Positions 27,768 through 38,051 of a stretch of DNA of 64,000 nucleotides are shown one piece after another. Source of the DNA: Gammaproteobacteria bacterium (GTDB lineage Bacteria; Pseudomonadota; Gammaproteobacteria; UWMA-0217); NCBI GenBank assembly GCA_027081275.1, contig JALWKV010000046.1, positions 2,315-66,314 on the forward strand, in the 5' to 3' direction. How positions within the stretch are numbered: the first letter of the stretch is position 1; each line of letters starts with the position of its first letter. The position numbers and the translations under genes are program-made. Under the pieces are notes generated by a model that was not told where the DNA came from, searched no databases, and saw only the letters and a list, made by a program, of their open reading frames with translations.

Positions 27768-28283
27768 ATGGAAAAGAAGAACTCCTACACGCGCGACGAG
27801 CTGCTGGCCTGCGGCCACGGCGAACTGTTCGGCCCCGGCAACGCGCGCCTGCCCCTGCCGAACATGCTGATGATGGACCGCATCACCCACATCAGCGACA
27901 CCGGCGGCAGCCACGGCAAGGGCGAGATCACCGCCGAGCTCGACATCACCCCGGACCTGTGGTTCTTCGCCTGCCATTTCGAGGGCGACCCGGTCATGCC
28001 CGGCTGCCTCGGGCTCGACGCGCTGTGGCAGCTGGTCGGGTTCTTCCTCGGCTGGAACGGCAATCCCGGACGGGGGCGCGCGCTGGGCGCCGGCGAGGTC
28101 AAGTTCTTCGGCCAGATCCTGCCGACGAACAAGCTCGTCACCTACCACCTCGACATCACGCGCCTGATTCAGCGCAAACTGGTCATGGGCATCGCCGACG
28201 CCACCGTCTCGGTCGATGGGCGCGAGATCTATTCCGCCAAGGATCTGAAGGTCGGTCTGTTCACCTCCACTGAAAACTTCTAG
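27768..28283 (+). CDS. fabA: 3-hydroxydecanoyl-ACP dehydratase/isomerase
   Basis: Near-colinear with E. coli FabA (ESYT.EDLL..G.GELFG; [28 protein letters not shown]). Start set at MEKKNSY. Confidence 0.9.
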   Translation: MEKKNSYTRDELLACGHGELFGPGNARLPLPNMLMMDRITHISDTGGSHGKGEITAELDITPDLWFFACHFEGDPVMPGCLGLDALWQLVGFFLGWNGNPGRGRALGAGEVKFFGQILPTNKLVTYHLDITRLIQRKLVMGIADATVSVDGREIYSAKDLKVGLFTSTENF

Positions 28284-28295
28284 CCGGATATCACC

Positions 28296-29513
28296 ATGCG
28301 TCGAGTCGTCGTTACCGGAATCGGCATCGTTTCCTGTCTGGGCAATGACAAGGAAGCCGTCACCCAATCACTGTACGAAGCGAAGTCGGGCATCAGCTTC
28401 CAGCCCGACTACAAGGAGATCGGCATGCGCAGCCACGTTGCCGGCGTACCCGATATCGACTTCAAGTCGCTGATCGACCGCAAGCAGCTGCGTTTCATGG
28501 GCGACGCGGCCGCCTACGCCTATATCTCGATGGATCAGGCCATCGCCGACGCGGGACTCGAAGCGACCGACGTCTCCAACGAGCGCACCGGCATCATCGC
28601 CGGTTCGGGCGGCGCCTCGTCGTCCAGCCAGGTCGAGGCGGCCGACATCCTGCGCAGCAAGGGCATCCGTCGCGTCGGCCCCTATCGCGTCACGCAGACG
28701 ATGGCCAGCACCGTCTCCGCCTGTCTGGCCACGCCGTTCAAGATCAGGGGCGTCAACTACTCGATTTCGTCGGCCTGCTCCACCAGCGCCCATTGCATCG
28801 GCAACGCAACGGAACTGATCCAGTGGGGCAAGCAGGATATCGTCTTCGCCGGCGGCGGCGAGGAGGTGCACTGGACGCTCAGCTCGCTGTTCGACGCCAT
28901 GGGCGCGCTCTCCACCAAATACAACGAGACGCCGGAAAAGGCCTCGCGCGCCTACGACGCCGATCGCGACGGCTTCGTCATCGCCGGCGGCGGTGGCATG
29001 CTGGTGCTGGAAGAGCTCGAACACGCCCGCGCGCGCGGCGCGAAGATCTACGCCGAGGTCGTCGGCTACGGCGCCACTTCGGACGGCTACGACATGGTCG
29101 CGCCATCGGGCGAAGGTGCGGTGCGCTGCATGCGCCAGGCGCTGGCCACCGTCGACGGCCCGATCGACTACATCAATGCCCACGGCACCAGCACGCCAGT
29201 CGGCGATATTCGCGAGCTCGCCGCCGTACGCGAGACTTTTGGCGACGAAATCCCCATCATCGGCTCTACCAAATCGCTCTCGGGGCACTCCCTGGGCGCG
29301 GCCGGCGTGCAGGAAGCCATCTATTCGCTGCTGATGCAGCAGAAGGGCTTCATTGCCGAATCGGCCAATATCGAAAACCTCGACCCGGAAGCGGAAGGCG
29401 TTCCCATCGCCACCGAACGACACGACAACGTGACGCTGAACCGCGTCATGTCCAACAGTTTCGGCTTTGGCGGCACCAATGCCAGCGTCGTTTTCCAGCG
29501 TTTCGAGGATTGA
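28296..29513 (+). CDS. fabB: Beta-ketoacyl-ACP synthase I
   Basis: 405 aa colinear with E. coli FabB ([17 protein letters not shown] active-site Cys; HGTSTPVGD; [10 protein letters not shown]). Confidence 0.9.
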   Translation: MRRVVVTGIGIVSCLGNDKEAVTQSLYEAKSGISFQPDYKEIGMRSHVAGVPDIDFKSLIDRKQLRFMGDAAAYAYISMDQAIADAGLEATDVSNERTGIIAGSGGASSSSQVEAADILRSKGIRRVGPYRVTQTMASTVSACLATPFKIRGVNYSISSACSTSAHCIGNATELIQWGKQDIVFAGGGEEVHWTLSSLFDAMGALSTKYNETPEKASRAYDADRDGFVIAGGGGMLVLEELEHARARGAKIYAEVVGYGATSDGYDMVAPSGEGAVRCMRQALATVDGPIDYINAHGTSTPVGDIRELAAVRETFGDEIPIIGSTKSLSGHSLGAAGVQEAIYSLLMQQKGFIAESANIENLDPEAEGVPIATERHDNVTLNRVMSNSFGFGGTNASVVFQRFED

Positions 29514-29618
29514 TCGGAGTCAAGAGCAACTGTGAACGATCTTGACATGGTTCACAAAGCCTCCGATGATCGAAAAACCTTGCACCACTTGCTTACCAAC
29601 TCTATTGGAGATTGAAAA

Positions 29619-30146
29619 ATGAAAAAGGCACTTCTGCGCACAGCGGTTACGACTGCACTGCTGGCGTTGGCGTCAACGGCTCACGCCGGTTTCTTCAACG
29701 ATGACGACGATCCGTGGGACGACAACGACTGGCCCGAATGGACGCCCATGTACTGGATGGAAGAGTTCATGGACGAGTGGGACGACGATGACGATGACTA
29801 CTATCGTTACGGTCCGCGCTGGGGTGGTCCCGGCTGGGGTGGCCCGCGCTGGGGCGGGGGTCCGGGCTTCGGCTGGGCGCCTTCGTTCAACGGCCCGTCC
29901 TTCGGCCCCTCGTTCGGCAGCGGCCCGCACTGGGGTCGTCCCGTACCGCCTCCGGGCTACCTCCCGCCGCGTGGCCCCGCCTACGGTCCCGGCCCGCGTC
30001 CCTACGGCCCGCCGCCGGTTGCACCCTATGGCGCACGTCCGGGCATGCCGATGCCGATGTACGGACCGGGCGGCATGATGCCGCCGGCACCAGCGCAGCA
30101 GCCGCAGCAACAGCAGGCTCCGGCACAGGCGCCGCAGGCGAAGTAA
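29619..30146 (+). CDS. Secreted low-complexity protein: polyacidic Asp/Trp-rich N-terminal segment followed by Gly/Pro/Trp/Tyr-rich repeats and a Pro/Gln-rich tail
   Basis: Signal peptide MKKALLRTAVTTALLALASTAHA; DDDDPWDDNDWPEW...DDDDDDYY; GPRWGGPGWGGPRWGGGPGFGW; PQQQQAPAQAPQAK. Strong terminator follows. Confidence 0.55.
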   Translation: MKKALLRTAVTTALLALASTAHAGFFNDDDDPWDDNDWPEWTPMYWMEEFMDEWDDDDDDYYRYGPRWGGPGWGGPRWGGGPGFGWAPSFNGPSFGPSFGSGPHWGRPVPPPGYLPPRGPAYGPGPRPYGPPPVAPYGARPGMPMPMYGPGGMMPPAPAQQPQQQQAPAQAPQAK

Positions 30147-30183
30147 AGAGTCAACAGATTACCCGTTCGGGTACTGTTTGCGG

Positions 30184-30224
30184 AAAAGAAAAGGGCGGAT
30201 GCTTTCGGGCATCCGCCCTTTTTC
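30184..30224. terminator. Bidirectional rho-independent terminator between the Gly/Pro-rich protein gene (+) and dnaE (-)
   Basis: aaaagaaaa-gggcggatgc-tttcgg-gcatccgccc-ttttt: perfect 10-bp GC stem flanked by A-run and T-run. Confidence 0.85.
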
Positions 30225-30280
30225 GTTACAGCCCGGGATATCACTTGGCCCGCTTGTGAAGCTGCCCATAACCGACTCCG

Positions 30281-33200
30281 TCAGTTATAGCGGACCGTCA
30301 CATTCCCCTCGCCGACCCACTGCTCCAGCCGCTTGAGGCATTCATCGGTCGGCGTCACCGCCCACTCCTGGGCCAACCGGATCTCGGCGCGCGCCTTGCC
30401 GTTGATGTAGTTGAGCACCACCGGGCAGCGGCCATCGCGATAGGGCATCAGCAGGCGCGATATCTCCACCGCGCCGCCATTGCCGGCGAGACGGGAACGA
30501 TCGACCCGCAGCTCCAGAAAACGGGCATAGCGCGAGCGGGCGTGCTCGATGTCGTAGAGTTCCCTGCAGCGCAGCCGAAACTGTCCGGAATAGTCGTCCC
30601 AGGCCAGCGAGCCGTCGACAACGAGAATCCGATCCTTCGTCAGCAGATCGGCGTATTTTTCGTACTCCTCACCGAAGAAACTCACCTCGATACGTCCGGA
30701 ACGGTCGTCCAGCGTGACGAAGGCCATCTTGCCGCGGCGTCCGTTGCGCACGCGGATCTCGATGACCAATCCGGCGACGACCACCTGTTTCTCGGCGCCG
30801 CGCCGTCCCTGGGTGGCGTTGTCGAGGTTGAGGTCGGCAATGCGACAGCTGGTGAAGATCTTCAGCTCGTCGAGGTAACGGTTGATCGGGTGGCCGGTCA
30901 GATAGAGTCCCAGCGTCTCCTTCTCATGCTTGAGCCGGTGCATCTCGTCCCACTCCGGCAGCGCCTCGCGCTCGGCATCCTCGACAGTGATGGCCGGGCC
31001 GCCGAAAAGATCGCTCTGCCCCGCCGCGAGATCGCGGTGATGCTGCTCGGCCCGTTGCAGCGCGTCGTCCAGCCAGGCCATCGCGCTGGCGCGGCTCGGC
31101 GTGATGCTGTCGAGCGCGCCGGCGCGGATCAGCGCCTCCAGCACGCGCCGGTTGGTCTTCTGCGTGTTGACGCGGCGGCAGAGATCGTCGAGCGACTGGT
31201 AGGGACCGTTGGCCTCGCGCTCCTCGATCAGGTTCTCGATGGCGCCCTCGCCGACGCCCTTGAGGGCGCCGAGGCCGTAGACGATCGAGCCGTCCGGCAG
31301 CGACGAGAACTTGTAGCGCGAGCGGTTGATGTCAGGCGGAATGACGGTGATGCCCAGATCGTTGCAGTCATCGATCAGCGTCACCACCTTGTCGGTATTG
31401 TCCATGTCCGCCGACAGCACCGACGACATGAACTCGGCCGGATGGTGCTTCTTCAGCCAGGCCGTCTGGTAGGAGAGCAGCGCATAGGCGGCCGAGTGCG
31501 ACTTGTTGAAGCCGTAACCAGCGAACTTCTCCATCAGGTCGAAGATGTAGGTGGCGACATGCTCGTCGACTCCCCGCTCCACCGCGCCGGTGGTGAAGAT
31601 GGCGCGCTGCTTCTCCATCTCCTCCGGCTTCTTCTTGCCCATCGCCCGGCGCAGCATGTCGGCGCCGCCCAGCGTGTAGCCGGCCAGCACCTGGGCGATC
31701 TGCATCACCTGCTCCTGATAGAGGATAACGCCGTAGGTGGGCTTGAGAATCGGCTCCAGATCGGGATGGGGATACTCCACCTTCTGCCGCCCGTGCTTGC
31801 GGTCGATGAAGTCCTCCACCATCCCCGACTGCAGCGGCCCCGGCCGGAACAGCGCCACCAGCGCGACGATGTCCTCGAACACGTCCGGCTGCAGACGCTT
31901 GATCAGATCCTTCATGCCGCGCGATTCGAGCTGGAACACGGCCGTCGTCTGCTGCGCCTTGAGCAGCTCGAAGGTGCCGGGATCGTCGAGCGGAATGCGC
32001 GAGATGTCGAGTTTGTCCTCGTCCGGGCCGCGATGCTCGTTGACCGCTTTGACCGCCCAGTCGATGATCGTCAGCGTGCGCAGGCCGAGAAAGTCGAACT
32101 TGACCAGCCCCACGGCCTCGACGTCGTCCTTGTCGAACTGGGTGACCAGATTGCTGCCATCGGCCTCGCAGTAGAGCGCGGAGAAGTCGGTCAGCTTCGT
32201 CGGTGCGATGACGACGCCCCCGGCGTGCTTGCCGGCATTGCGCGAGATGCCCTCCAGCTTCATCGCCAGATCGATCAGCGCGCGCACCTCCTCGTCCTCG
32301 TCGTAGAGCTTCTTCAGATCCTCCGACGCCTCCAGCGCCTTTGTCAGCGTCATGCCGATCTCGAACGGCACCGCCTTGGCGATGCGATCGACGAAGCCGT
32401 AGGGATGGTCGAGCACCCGGCCGACATCGCGCACCACCGCCTTGGCCGCCATCGAGCCGTAGGTGATGATCTGCGAGACCTTGTCGCGGCCATACTTGCG
32501 CGCGACGTAGGCGATGACCTCATCGCGGTTGTCCATGCAGAAATCGACGTCGAAGTCCGGCATCGACACCCGCTCTGGGTTGAGAAAGCGCTCGAACAGC
32601 AGATCGTAGGCGAGCGGGTCGAGATCCGTGATCTTCAGCGCGTAGGCCACCAGCGAGCCAGCGCCGGAGCCCCGCCCCGGCCCCACCGGGATGTCGTTGT
32701 CCTTGGCCCACTGGATAAAGTCGGCCACGATCAGAAAGTAGCCGGGAAAGCCCATCTGGTTGATGACGCCCAGCTCCGTCTCCAGCCGCTCGTGGTAGGC
32801 GCGGGCACGCTCCTCGCGGTTGTCGCAGCCCTCTGGCAGCAGCACCTTCAGCCGCTCCTCCAGCCCGGCGCGGGAAACCTCGCAGAAGTACTCCTCGGTG
32901 GTCTGGCCGGCGGGGATCGGAAAATCGGGCAGCACCGGCTTGCCCAGATCGAGCGTCACCGCGCAGCGCCGAGCGATCTCGACGCTGTTCTCGAGCGCCT
33001 CCGGAATGTCGGCGAACAGCTCGGCCATCTCCTCGGCGCTGCGCAGATACTGCGCCGCCGTGTACTTGCGCGGACGGCGGCTGTCGCTGAGGGTATGGCC
33101 GCCGTGAATGCAGACCCGCGCCTCATGGGCATCGAAGTCCTCCGGCGAGAGGAAACGGACATCGTTGGTCGCCACCACCGGCACGCCCTCGCGCGCCGCC

Positions 33201-33775
33201 AGCTCGACCGCCGACTTGATGTAGGCCTGCTCGCCGGGCCGCCCGACGCGCTGCAATTCGAGATAGAAGCGGTCGGGAAACAGCGCCCGCCACGCGGCCA
33301 GCTCGGCGGTCGCCTCATCGAGATCGCCCCGTCGCAGCGACTCCCAGAGCTGCCCCTCGAAGCCGCCCGACAGCGCCAGCAGGCCATCGCAGTGCCCCTC
33401 CAGCCACGATCGCGGCATCCCCGGCACGCCGCCGACCTGCCCCTCCTGATAGCTGCGCGAGACCAGCTCGATCATGTTGCGGTAGCCCTGCCGGTTCTGC
33501 GCCAGCAGCACCAGACGGCTCGCCTGCGAAGCGTCCTGCTCGTCGCGAATCCAGACATCGACGCCGAAGATCGGCTGGATGCCCTTGGCCAGCGCGGCGC
33601 GATAGAACTTGACGGTGGCGAAGAGGTTGCTCTGGTCGGTTAGCGCCACCGCCGGCATGCCATCGGTGGCGATCGCCTCCATCAGCGGCTTGATGCGGAC
33701 GATGCCGTCGACCAGCGAGAATTCGGTGTGGAGGCGGAGGTGAACGAAACTCAGCACAGTCGTATTTTGTCCCAT
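30281..33775 (-). CDS. dnaE: DNA polymerase III alpha subunit. ATG at 33775 or GTG at 33757; both lie inside repeat A copy 3
   Basis: 1164 aa; N-terminal PHP domain FVHLRLHTEFSL (E. coli FVHLRVHSDYSM), polymerase core, C-terminal OB fold. Confidence 0.95.
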   Translation of the reverse strand: MGQNTTVLSFVHLRLHTEFSLVDGIVRIKPLMEAIATDGMPAVALTDQSNLFATVKFYRAALAKGIQPIFGVDVWIRDEQDASQASRLVLLAQNRQGYRNMIELVSRSYQEGQVGGVPGMPRSWLEGHCDGLLALSGGFEGQLWESLRRGDLDEATAELAAWRALFPDRFYLELQRVGRPGEQAYIKSAVELAAREGVPVVATNDVRFLSPEDFDAHEARVCIHGGHTLSDSRRPRKYTAAQYLRSAEEMAELFADIPEALENSVEIARRCAVTLDLGKPVLPDFPIPAGQTTEEYFCEVSRAGLEERLKVLLPEGCDNREERARAYHERLETELGVINQMGFPGYFLIVADFIQWAKDNDIPVGPGRGSGAGSLVAYALKITDLDPLAYDLLFERFLNPERVSMPDFDVDFCMDNRDEVIAYVARKYGRDKVSQIITYGSMAAKAVVRDVGRVLDHPYGFVDRIAKAVPFEIGMTLTKALEASEDLKKLYDEDEEVRALIDLAMKLEGISRNAGKHAGGVVIAPTKLTDFSALYCEADGSNLVTQFDKDDVEAVGLVKFDFLGLRTLTIIDWAVKAVNEHRGPDEDKLDISRIPLDDPGTFELLKAQQTTAVFQLESRGMKDLIKRLQPDVFEDIVALVALFRPGPLQSGMVEDFIDRKHGRQKVEYPHPDLEPILKPTYGVILYQEQVMQIAQVLAGYTLGGADMLRRAMGKKKPEEMEKQRAIFTTGAVERGVDEHVATYIFDLMEKFAGYGFNKSHSAAYALLSYQTAWLKKHHPAEFMSSVLSADMDNTDKVVTLIDDCNDLGITVIPPDINRSRYKFSSLPDGSIVYGLGALKGVGEGAIENLIEEREANGPYQSLDDLCRRVNTQKTNRRVLEALIRAGALDSITPSRASAMAWLDDALQRAEQHHRDLAAGQSDLFGGPAITVEDAEREALPEWDEMHRLKHEKETLGLYLTGHPINRYLDELKIFTSCRIADLNLDNATQGRRGAEKQVVVAGLVIEIRVRNGRRGKMAFVTLDDRSGRIEVSFFGEEYEKYADLLTKDRILVVDGSLAWDDYSGQFRLRCRELYDIEHARSRYARFLELRVDRSRLAGNGGAVEISRLLMPYRDGRCPVVLNYINGKARAEIRLAQEWAVTPTDECLKRLEQWVGEGNVTVRYN

Positions 33776-33877
33776 ATCTGCGTTATTTTCGTGCTCGCTC
33801 GGTTACATACTGCGTGTATGCGCCCTCGCTGCGCGCGAAAATGCCTTGATCTGAAACAAAATCCAACCATGCTGAGC
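33746..33877 (+). repeat. Repeat family A (MITE-like), copy 3, filling the rnhB-dnaE intergenic space
   Basis: Spans from the dnaE start region to 12 nt before the rnhB stop (33889..33891). Confidence 0.85.
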
Positions 33878-33888
33878 AGTTAATGTGG

Positions 33889-34551
33889 TCAGTCATCGGC
33901 GATCAGCTCGGCGACGGGACGAAAACTGCGGCGGTGATGCGGGGTCACGCCGAGGCGCCGCAACGATTCACGGTGCTGCGCCGTGGGATAGCCCTTGTGC
34001 TGCTCGAAGCCGTAGCCGGGATATTCCTCGGCCAGCGCCACCATCTCGCGGTCGCGTGTGACCTTGGCGAGAATCGACGCGGCGCAGATCTGGGCCACGT
34101 GGCTGTCGCCCTTGACGATGCAGGTCATCTCCAGCGTCAGCTCGGGGCAGCGATTGCCGTCCACCAGCACGCGGTCCGGCGTCACCTCCAGCGCCTCGAC
34201 GGCGCGGCGCATCGACAGCAGCGAGGCGTTGAGGATGTTGAGGCGGTCGATCTCGGCGACCTCGGCGCGACCGACGGCCCAGCTCAGCGCGCACTCGCGG
34301 ATGTGGTCGCAGAGCTGCTCGCGGCGGCTCTCGCTCAGCTTCTTCGAATCGGCCAGCCCTTCGATGGGGGCGCGATGGTCGAGAATGACAGCCGCCGAGA
34401 TCACCGGCCCCGCCAGCGGACCGCGCCCTACCTCGTCGACGCCGGCGTGGAGCACGCCGGCAGCCTGTTCGCGCTGCAATCGACGCAGCAACGCCTGCTG
34501 CTCGTTCAATGTCATCGGGGCCCACCATGAGTTTATGGAACCTCTGAACAA
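33889..34551 (-). CDS. rnhB: Ribonuclease HII
   Basis: [14 protein letters not shown] active-site motif and DSKKLS; 220 aa. Confidence 0.9.
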   Translation of the reverse strand: MFRGSINSWWAPMTLNEQQALLRRLQREQAAGVLHAGVDEVGRGPLAGPVISAAVILDHRAPIEGLADSKKLSESRREQLCDHIRECALSWAVGRAEVAEIDRLNILNASLLSMRRAVEALEVTPDRVLVDGNRCPELTLEMTCIVKGDSHVAQICAASILAKVTRDREMVALAEEYPGYGFEQHKGYPTAQHRESLRRLGVTPHHRRSFRPVAELIADD

Positions 34552-34700
34552 TTCATCCCTGAATTGTCAGAGGACGAAAAACGAAAAGTGCGATTTTCGT
34601 TTTTCTCACAGAATCAATCGCTTGACGCGATTGATTCTGGCGGTACCTCCTTGTACCGCAGGAAGGTCTGGTCTGATCAAATCAGACCAGACCTTCCTTA
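34537..34700 (+). repeat. Repeat family B, copy 3
   Basis: Same five-hairpin layout. Hairpins 4 and 5 carry paired substitutions relative to copy 2 (ggcaca/tgtgcc to ggtac/gtacc; stem extended in agaccagacc). Confidence 0.8.
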
Positions 34701-34839
34701 TGACGTGGAGCCGGATTCGACGATCCGGCAGCTGCCAGTGGGGAATCATTATAGAGGTTCCGACTCAAAGCAGAAGCCGTGACCGGGATGGCCTCGCGCC
34801 GCCATTCAGCGGCCCCGATTTCAGCTACCCCGTCACATT

Positions 34840-35226
34840 ATGATATTCTGCGCGCAGTTTTCATCAGTCGCTGGAGCCCGCATGAGCACCGAAACCACCC
34901 CCTCAGGCCTCGTCATCGAAACCCTCCGGGAGGGTCAGGGCGAGACCGCCGCGGCCGGCCATCGCGTCACCGTGCACTACACCGGCTGGCTCGAGGATGG
35001 CAGCAAGTTCGACTCCAGCGTCGACCGCAATTCGCCGTTCCAGTTCAACCTCGGCGCGGGCCAGGTCATTCGCGGCTGGGACGAGGGCGTGGCGGGCATG
35101 AAACCTGGCGAGAAGCGCAAGCTGACGATTCCCGCCGAGCTGGGTTATGGCGCCCAAGGCGCTGGCGGCGTCATCCCGCCCAACGCCACACTGATTTTCG
35201 AAGTGGAACTGCTCTCGATCGACTGA
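34840..35226 (+). CDS. FKBP-type peptidyl-prolyl cis-trans isomerase
   Basis: [16 protein letters not shown]...[22 protein letters not shown]...LIFEVELL, a canonical FKBP domain. Confidence 0.85.
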   Translation: MIFCAQFSSVAGARMSTETTPSGLVIETLREGQGETAAAGHRVTVHYTGWLEDGSKFDSSVDRNSPFQFNLGAGQVIRGWDEGVAGMKPGEKRKLTIPAELGYGAQGAGGVIPPNATLIFEVELLSID

Positions 35227-35278
35227 CAGGCATCCATACTATTCGACCAAACAAGATATTTGTAGCGGGGGAAAATCC

Positions 35279-35944
35279 TTGAATCTCGAGTCCGTACAAA
35301 AAACATACAAACGCTACGCACCCCAGTATGACCTGCTGTTCGGCGCCATCTTCCACCCCGGCCGCAAGGCGGTCATCGAGGATCTGGAATGCCGGCCCGG
35401 CGAGGCCGTGCTCGAAGTCGGCGTCGGCACCGGCCTGTCGCTGCCGCTGTATGACAGGTCGGTCAGGGTGACGGGTATCGACATCTCGGAGCACATGCTG
35501 GAGGTCGCCCGCAAGCGCAAGGCCCGCCTTGGGCTCGACAACGTCGATCTGCACGTCATGAACGCGCAGGAGATGACATTCCCGGATGACAGCTTCGACA
35601 AGGTGGTGGCCATGTACGTCGCCTCGGTCGTGCCGGATCCGGTCGCGCTGGTCGAGGAGATGCGTCGCGTCTGCAAGCCGGATGGCCAGCTGATCTTCGT
35701 CAACCACTTCAACAGCAACAATCCGGTCATCAGCCGCATCGAAAAGTGGCTGGAGCCACTGGCCAACACGCTGGGCTTCCACCCCGGTTTCAGCATGGAC
35801 GAATTCCTCGCCCGCACCGGCTTGCAGCCGCAGCAGACCATTCCGGTCAACCTGTTCGGCTACTGGCAACTGCTGCGCGCCAGCAACGACAAGCCGGCGC
35901 GAAGCGAAGCGATGACCGAACAAGACATCGCTGTCGCCGTCTGA
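35279..35944 (+). CDS. Class I SAM-dependent methyltransferase
   Basis: Motif I LEVGVGTGL; post-I D/E (GIDISEHM); 221 aa. Confidence 0.75.
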   Translation: MNLESVQKTYKRYAPQYDLLFGAIFHPGRKAVIEDLECRPGEAVLEVGVGTGLSLPLYDRSVRVTGIDISEHMLEVARKRKARLGLDNVDLHVMNAQEMTFPDDSFDKVVAMYVASVVPDPVALVEEMRRVCKPDGQLIFVNHFNSNNPVISRIEKWLEPLANTLGFHPGFSMDEFLARTGLQPQQTIPVNLFGYWQLLRASNDKPARSEAMTEQDIAVAV

Positions 35945-35972
35945 GCGTTCGCCATCCGACACGGACGCTGAC

Positions 35973-36917
35973 ATGACGATTCGCTGTGCCGTGATCGGCG
36001 TTGGCTACCTCGGCAAATTCCACGCCCAGAAATACGCCGCGCTCGACGATGCCGAGCTGGTCGCCGTCGTCGATCCCAACGTCGAGGCGGGCGAATCGCT
36101 CGCCGCCGAGCTGGGCTGCCGGCATCATCGCTCGCACCAGGAGATTCTCGACGAAGTCGACGCCGTCAGCATCGTCGCGCCGACGACATTGCATCACCGC
36201 ATCGCCGCCAGCTGTCTCGAACGCGGCATCCACGTTCTTCTCGAAAAGCCGATCACCACGACCGTCGCCGAGGCCGACGTGCTGCTGACGCTGGCGGCAA
36301 AGCACGACGCCGTGCTGCAGGTCGGGCATCTGGAGCGCTTCAACCCGGCCATCATGGCGCTCGGTGAGCGGCTGGGCGAACAGGTCCGCTTCATCGAGGC
36401 GCACCGGCTGGCGCCGTTCAAGCCGCGCGCCACCGATGTCAGCGTGATGCTCGATCTGATGATCCACGATATCGACATCATCCTGAACCTGGTCAAGTCG
36501 GAAGTTACCGACATCCGCGCCAGCGGCGCCTCGGTGCTCTCCGATTCAGTGGATATCGCCAATGCCCGGCTGGAGTTCGCCAGCGGCTGCGTCGCTAATG
36601 TCACCGCCAGCCGGATCAGCCAGAAATCGGAACGCAAGATGCGCCTGTTCCAGCACAACCAGTATCTCAACGTCGATTTTCAGGAGAAGCGGCTGGACAT
36701 CTACTCCCGCGGCGAGGGCGAGATGTTTCCCGGCGTGCCACAGATCAGCCACGAGTTCGTCGAGGGCGGCGAGTCCGACGCCCTGCTGCTGGAGATCCGC
36801 GATTTTCTCGGCGCCATCCGCGGCGGCCATGCGCCGGTCGTGACCGGGGAGGACGGACGCCGCGCGCTGGATACCGCCATTCGCATCAGCCGGCTGGTGG
36901 AAAACACCCGCTTGTAA
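35973..36917 (+). CDS. Gfo/Idh/MocA-family NAD-dependent oxidoreductase, GnnA-like (UDP-GlcNAc 3-dehydrogenase candidate)
   Basis: N-terminal Rossmann fold IGVGYLGKFHAQ. Gene order gnnA-like, gnnB-like, lpxB. Confidence 0.7.
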   Translation: MTIRCAVIGVGYLGKFHAQKYAALDDAELVAVVDPNVEAGESLAAELGCRHHRSHQEILDEVDAVSIVAPTTLHHRIAASCLERGIHVLLEKPITTTVAEADVLLTLAAKHDAVLQVGHLERFNPAIMALGERLGEQVRFIEAHRLAPFKPRATDVSVMLDLMIHDIDIILNLVKSEVTDIRASGASVLSDSVDIANARLEFASGCVANVTASRISQKSERKMRLFQHNQYLNVDFQEKRLDIYSRGEGEMFPGVPQISHEFVEGGESDALLLEIRDFLGAIRGGHAPVVTGEDGRRALDTAIRISRLVENTRL

Positions 36918-36955
36918 CCCGTCGCCCCAACGCCATCCTCAGGAAAAGAACGACG

Positions 36956-38050
36956 ATGATCCCAATGGTTGACCTGAAGCTGCAATACCACCAGCTTCAA
37001 TCCGAAATCGACGCCGCCGTGGCCGAGGTGCTGGAGAGCACCGCTTTCATTCTCGGCCCCAATGTCCGCAGCTTCGAGGAAGAGGCGGCGAGCTATCTCG
37101 GCGTCGAGTACGCCGTTGGCTGCGCCTCGGGCACCGATGCACTGCATCTGGCCCTGCTCGCCGCCGGCATCGGGCCGGGCGACGAGGTCATCACCTCGGC
37201 CTTCACCTTCATCGCCACCGCCGAGGCGATCGCCTATGTCGGCGCGACACCGGTGTTCGTCGATATCGACGAACGGACGATGAACCTCGATCTCGAAGCA
37301 GTCGCCAGGGCCATCGGCAAGAAGACCCGGGCCGTGCTGCCGGTACATCTGTTCGGCCAGCCGGTGGACATGGCGGAGCTGACGATGCTGGCGGAGAAAC
37401 ACGGCCTGACCATCGTCGAGGACTGCGCCCAATCCTTCGGCGCCGACATCGCCGGCCGGCAGACCGGCAGCTTCGGCATCGCCGGCTGCTTCAGCTTCTT
37501 TCCCAGCAAGAACCTCGGCTGCTACGGCGACGGCGGCCTGATCACGACCAGTTCCGAGCGCATCCGCGATCACCTGTTGAGCCTGCGCAACCACGGCAGC
37601 TCGCAGCGCTACCACCATCAGGAGATCGGCTACAACAGCCGGCTCGACGAGATCCAGGCCGCGATCCTGCGGGTCAAGCTGCGTCATATCGATCGTTTCA
37701 ACCAGGAGCGCCGCCGCGTCGCCCACCGTTACAATGAACTGCTCGCCGACACCGGCATCACGACGCCGTTCGAGGACGGCATCGGCACGCATGTATTCCA
37801 CCAGTACACGCTGCGCTCTCCCCGTCGCGACGCCATCATGAAGGCGCTGCAGGCGCGCGAGATCGCCTGCGCCATCTACTATCCGGTGCCGCTGCATCGG
37901 CAGGAGGTCTTCGCCGACGTCTGCGAGAACGTCAGCCTGCCGGTCACCGAGGCCGTCGCCGCCGACTGCTTCTCGCTGCCGATCTATCCCGAAATGAGCG
38001 ACGAGCAGATCGTCACCGTCACGGACACGATCCGCAGCGCATTGGACTGA
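36956..38050 (+). CDS. DegT/DnrJ/EryC1/StrS-family PLP aminotransferase, GnnB-like (UDP-3-keto-GlcNAc transaminase candidate)
   Basis: GCASGTDALHLAL, FSFFPSKNLGCYGDGG (PLP-Lys region), 364 aa. Sits directly upstream of lpxB with a 1-nt gap. Confidence 0.75.
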   Translation: MIPMVDLKLQYHQLQSEIDAAVAEVLESTAFILGPNVRSFEEEAASYLGVEYAVGCASGTDALHLALLAAGIGPGDEVITSAFTFIATAEAIAYVGATPVFVDIDERTMNLDLEAVARAIGKKTRAVLPVHLFGQPVDMAELTMLAEKHGLTIVEDCAQSFGADIAGRQTGSFGIAGCFSFFPSKNLGCYGDGGLITTSSERIRDHLLSLRNHGSSQRYHHQEIGYNSRLDEIQAAILRVKLRHIDRFNQERRRVAHRYNELLADTGITTPFEDGIGTHVFHQYTLRSPRRDAIMKALQAREIACAIYYPVPLHRQEVFADVCENVSLPVTEAVAADCFSLPIYPEMSDEQIVTVTDTIRSALD

Positions 38051-38051
38051 G

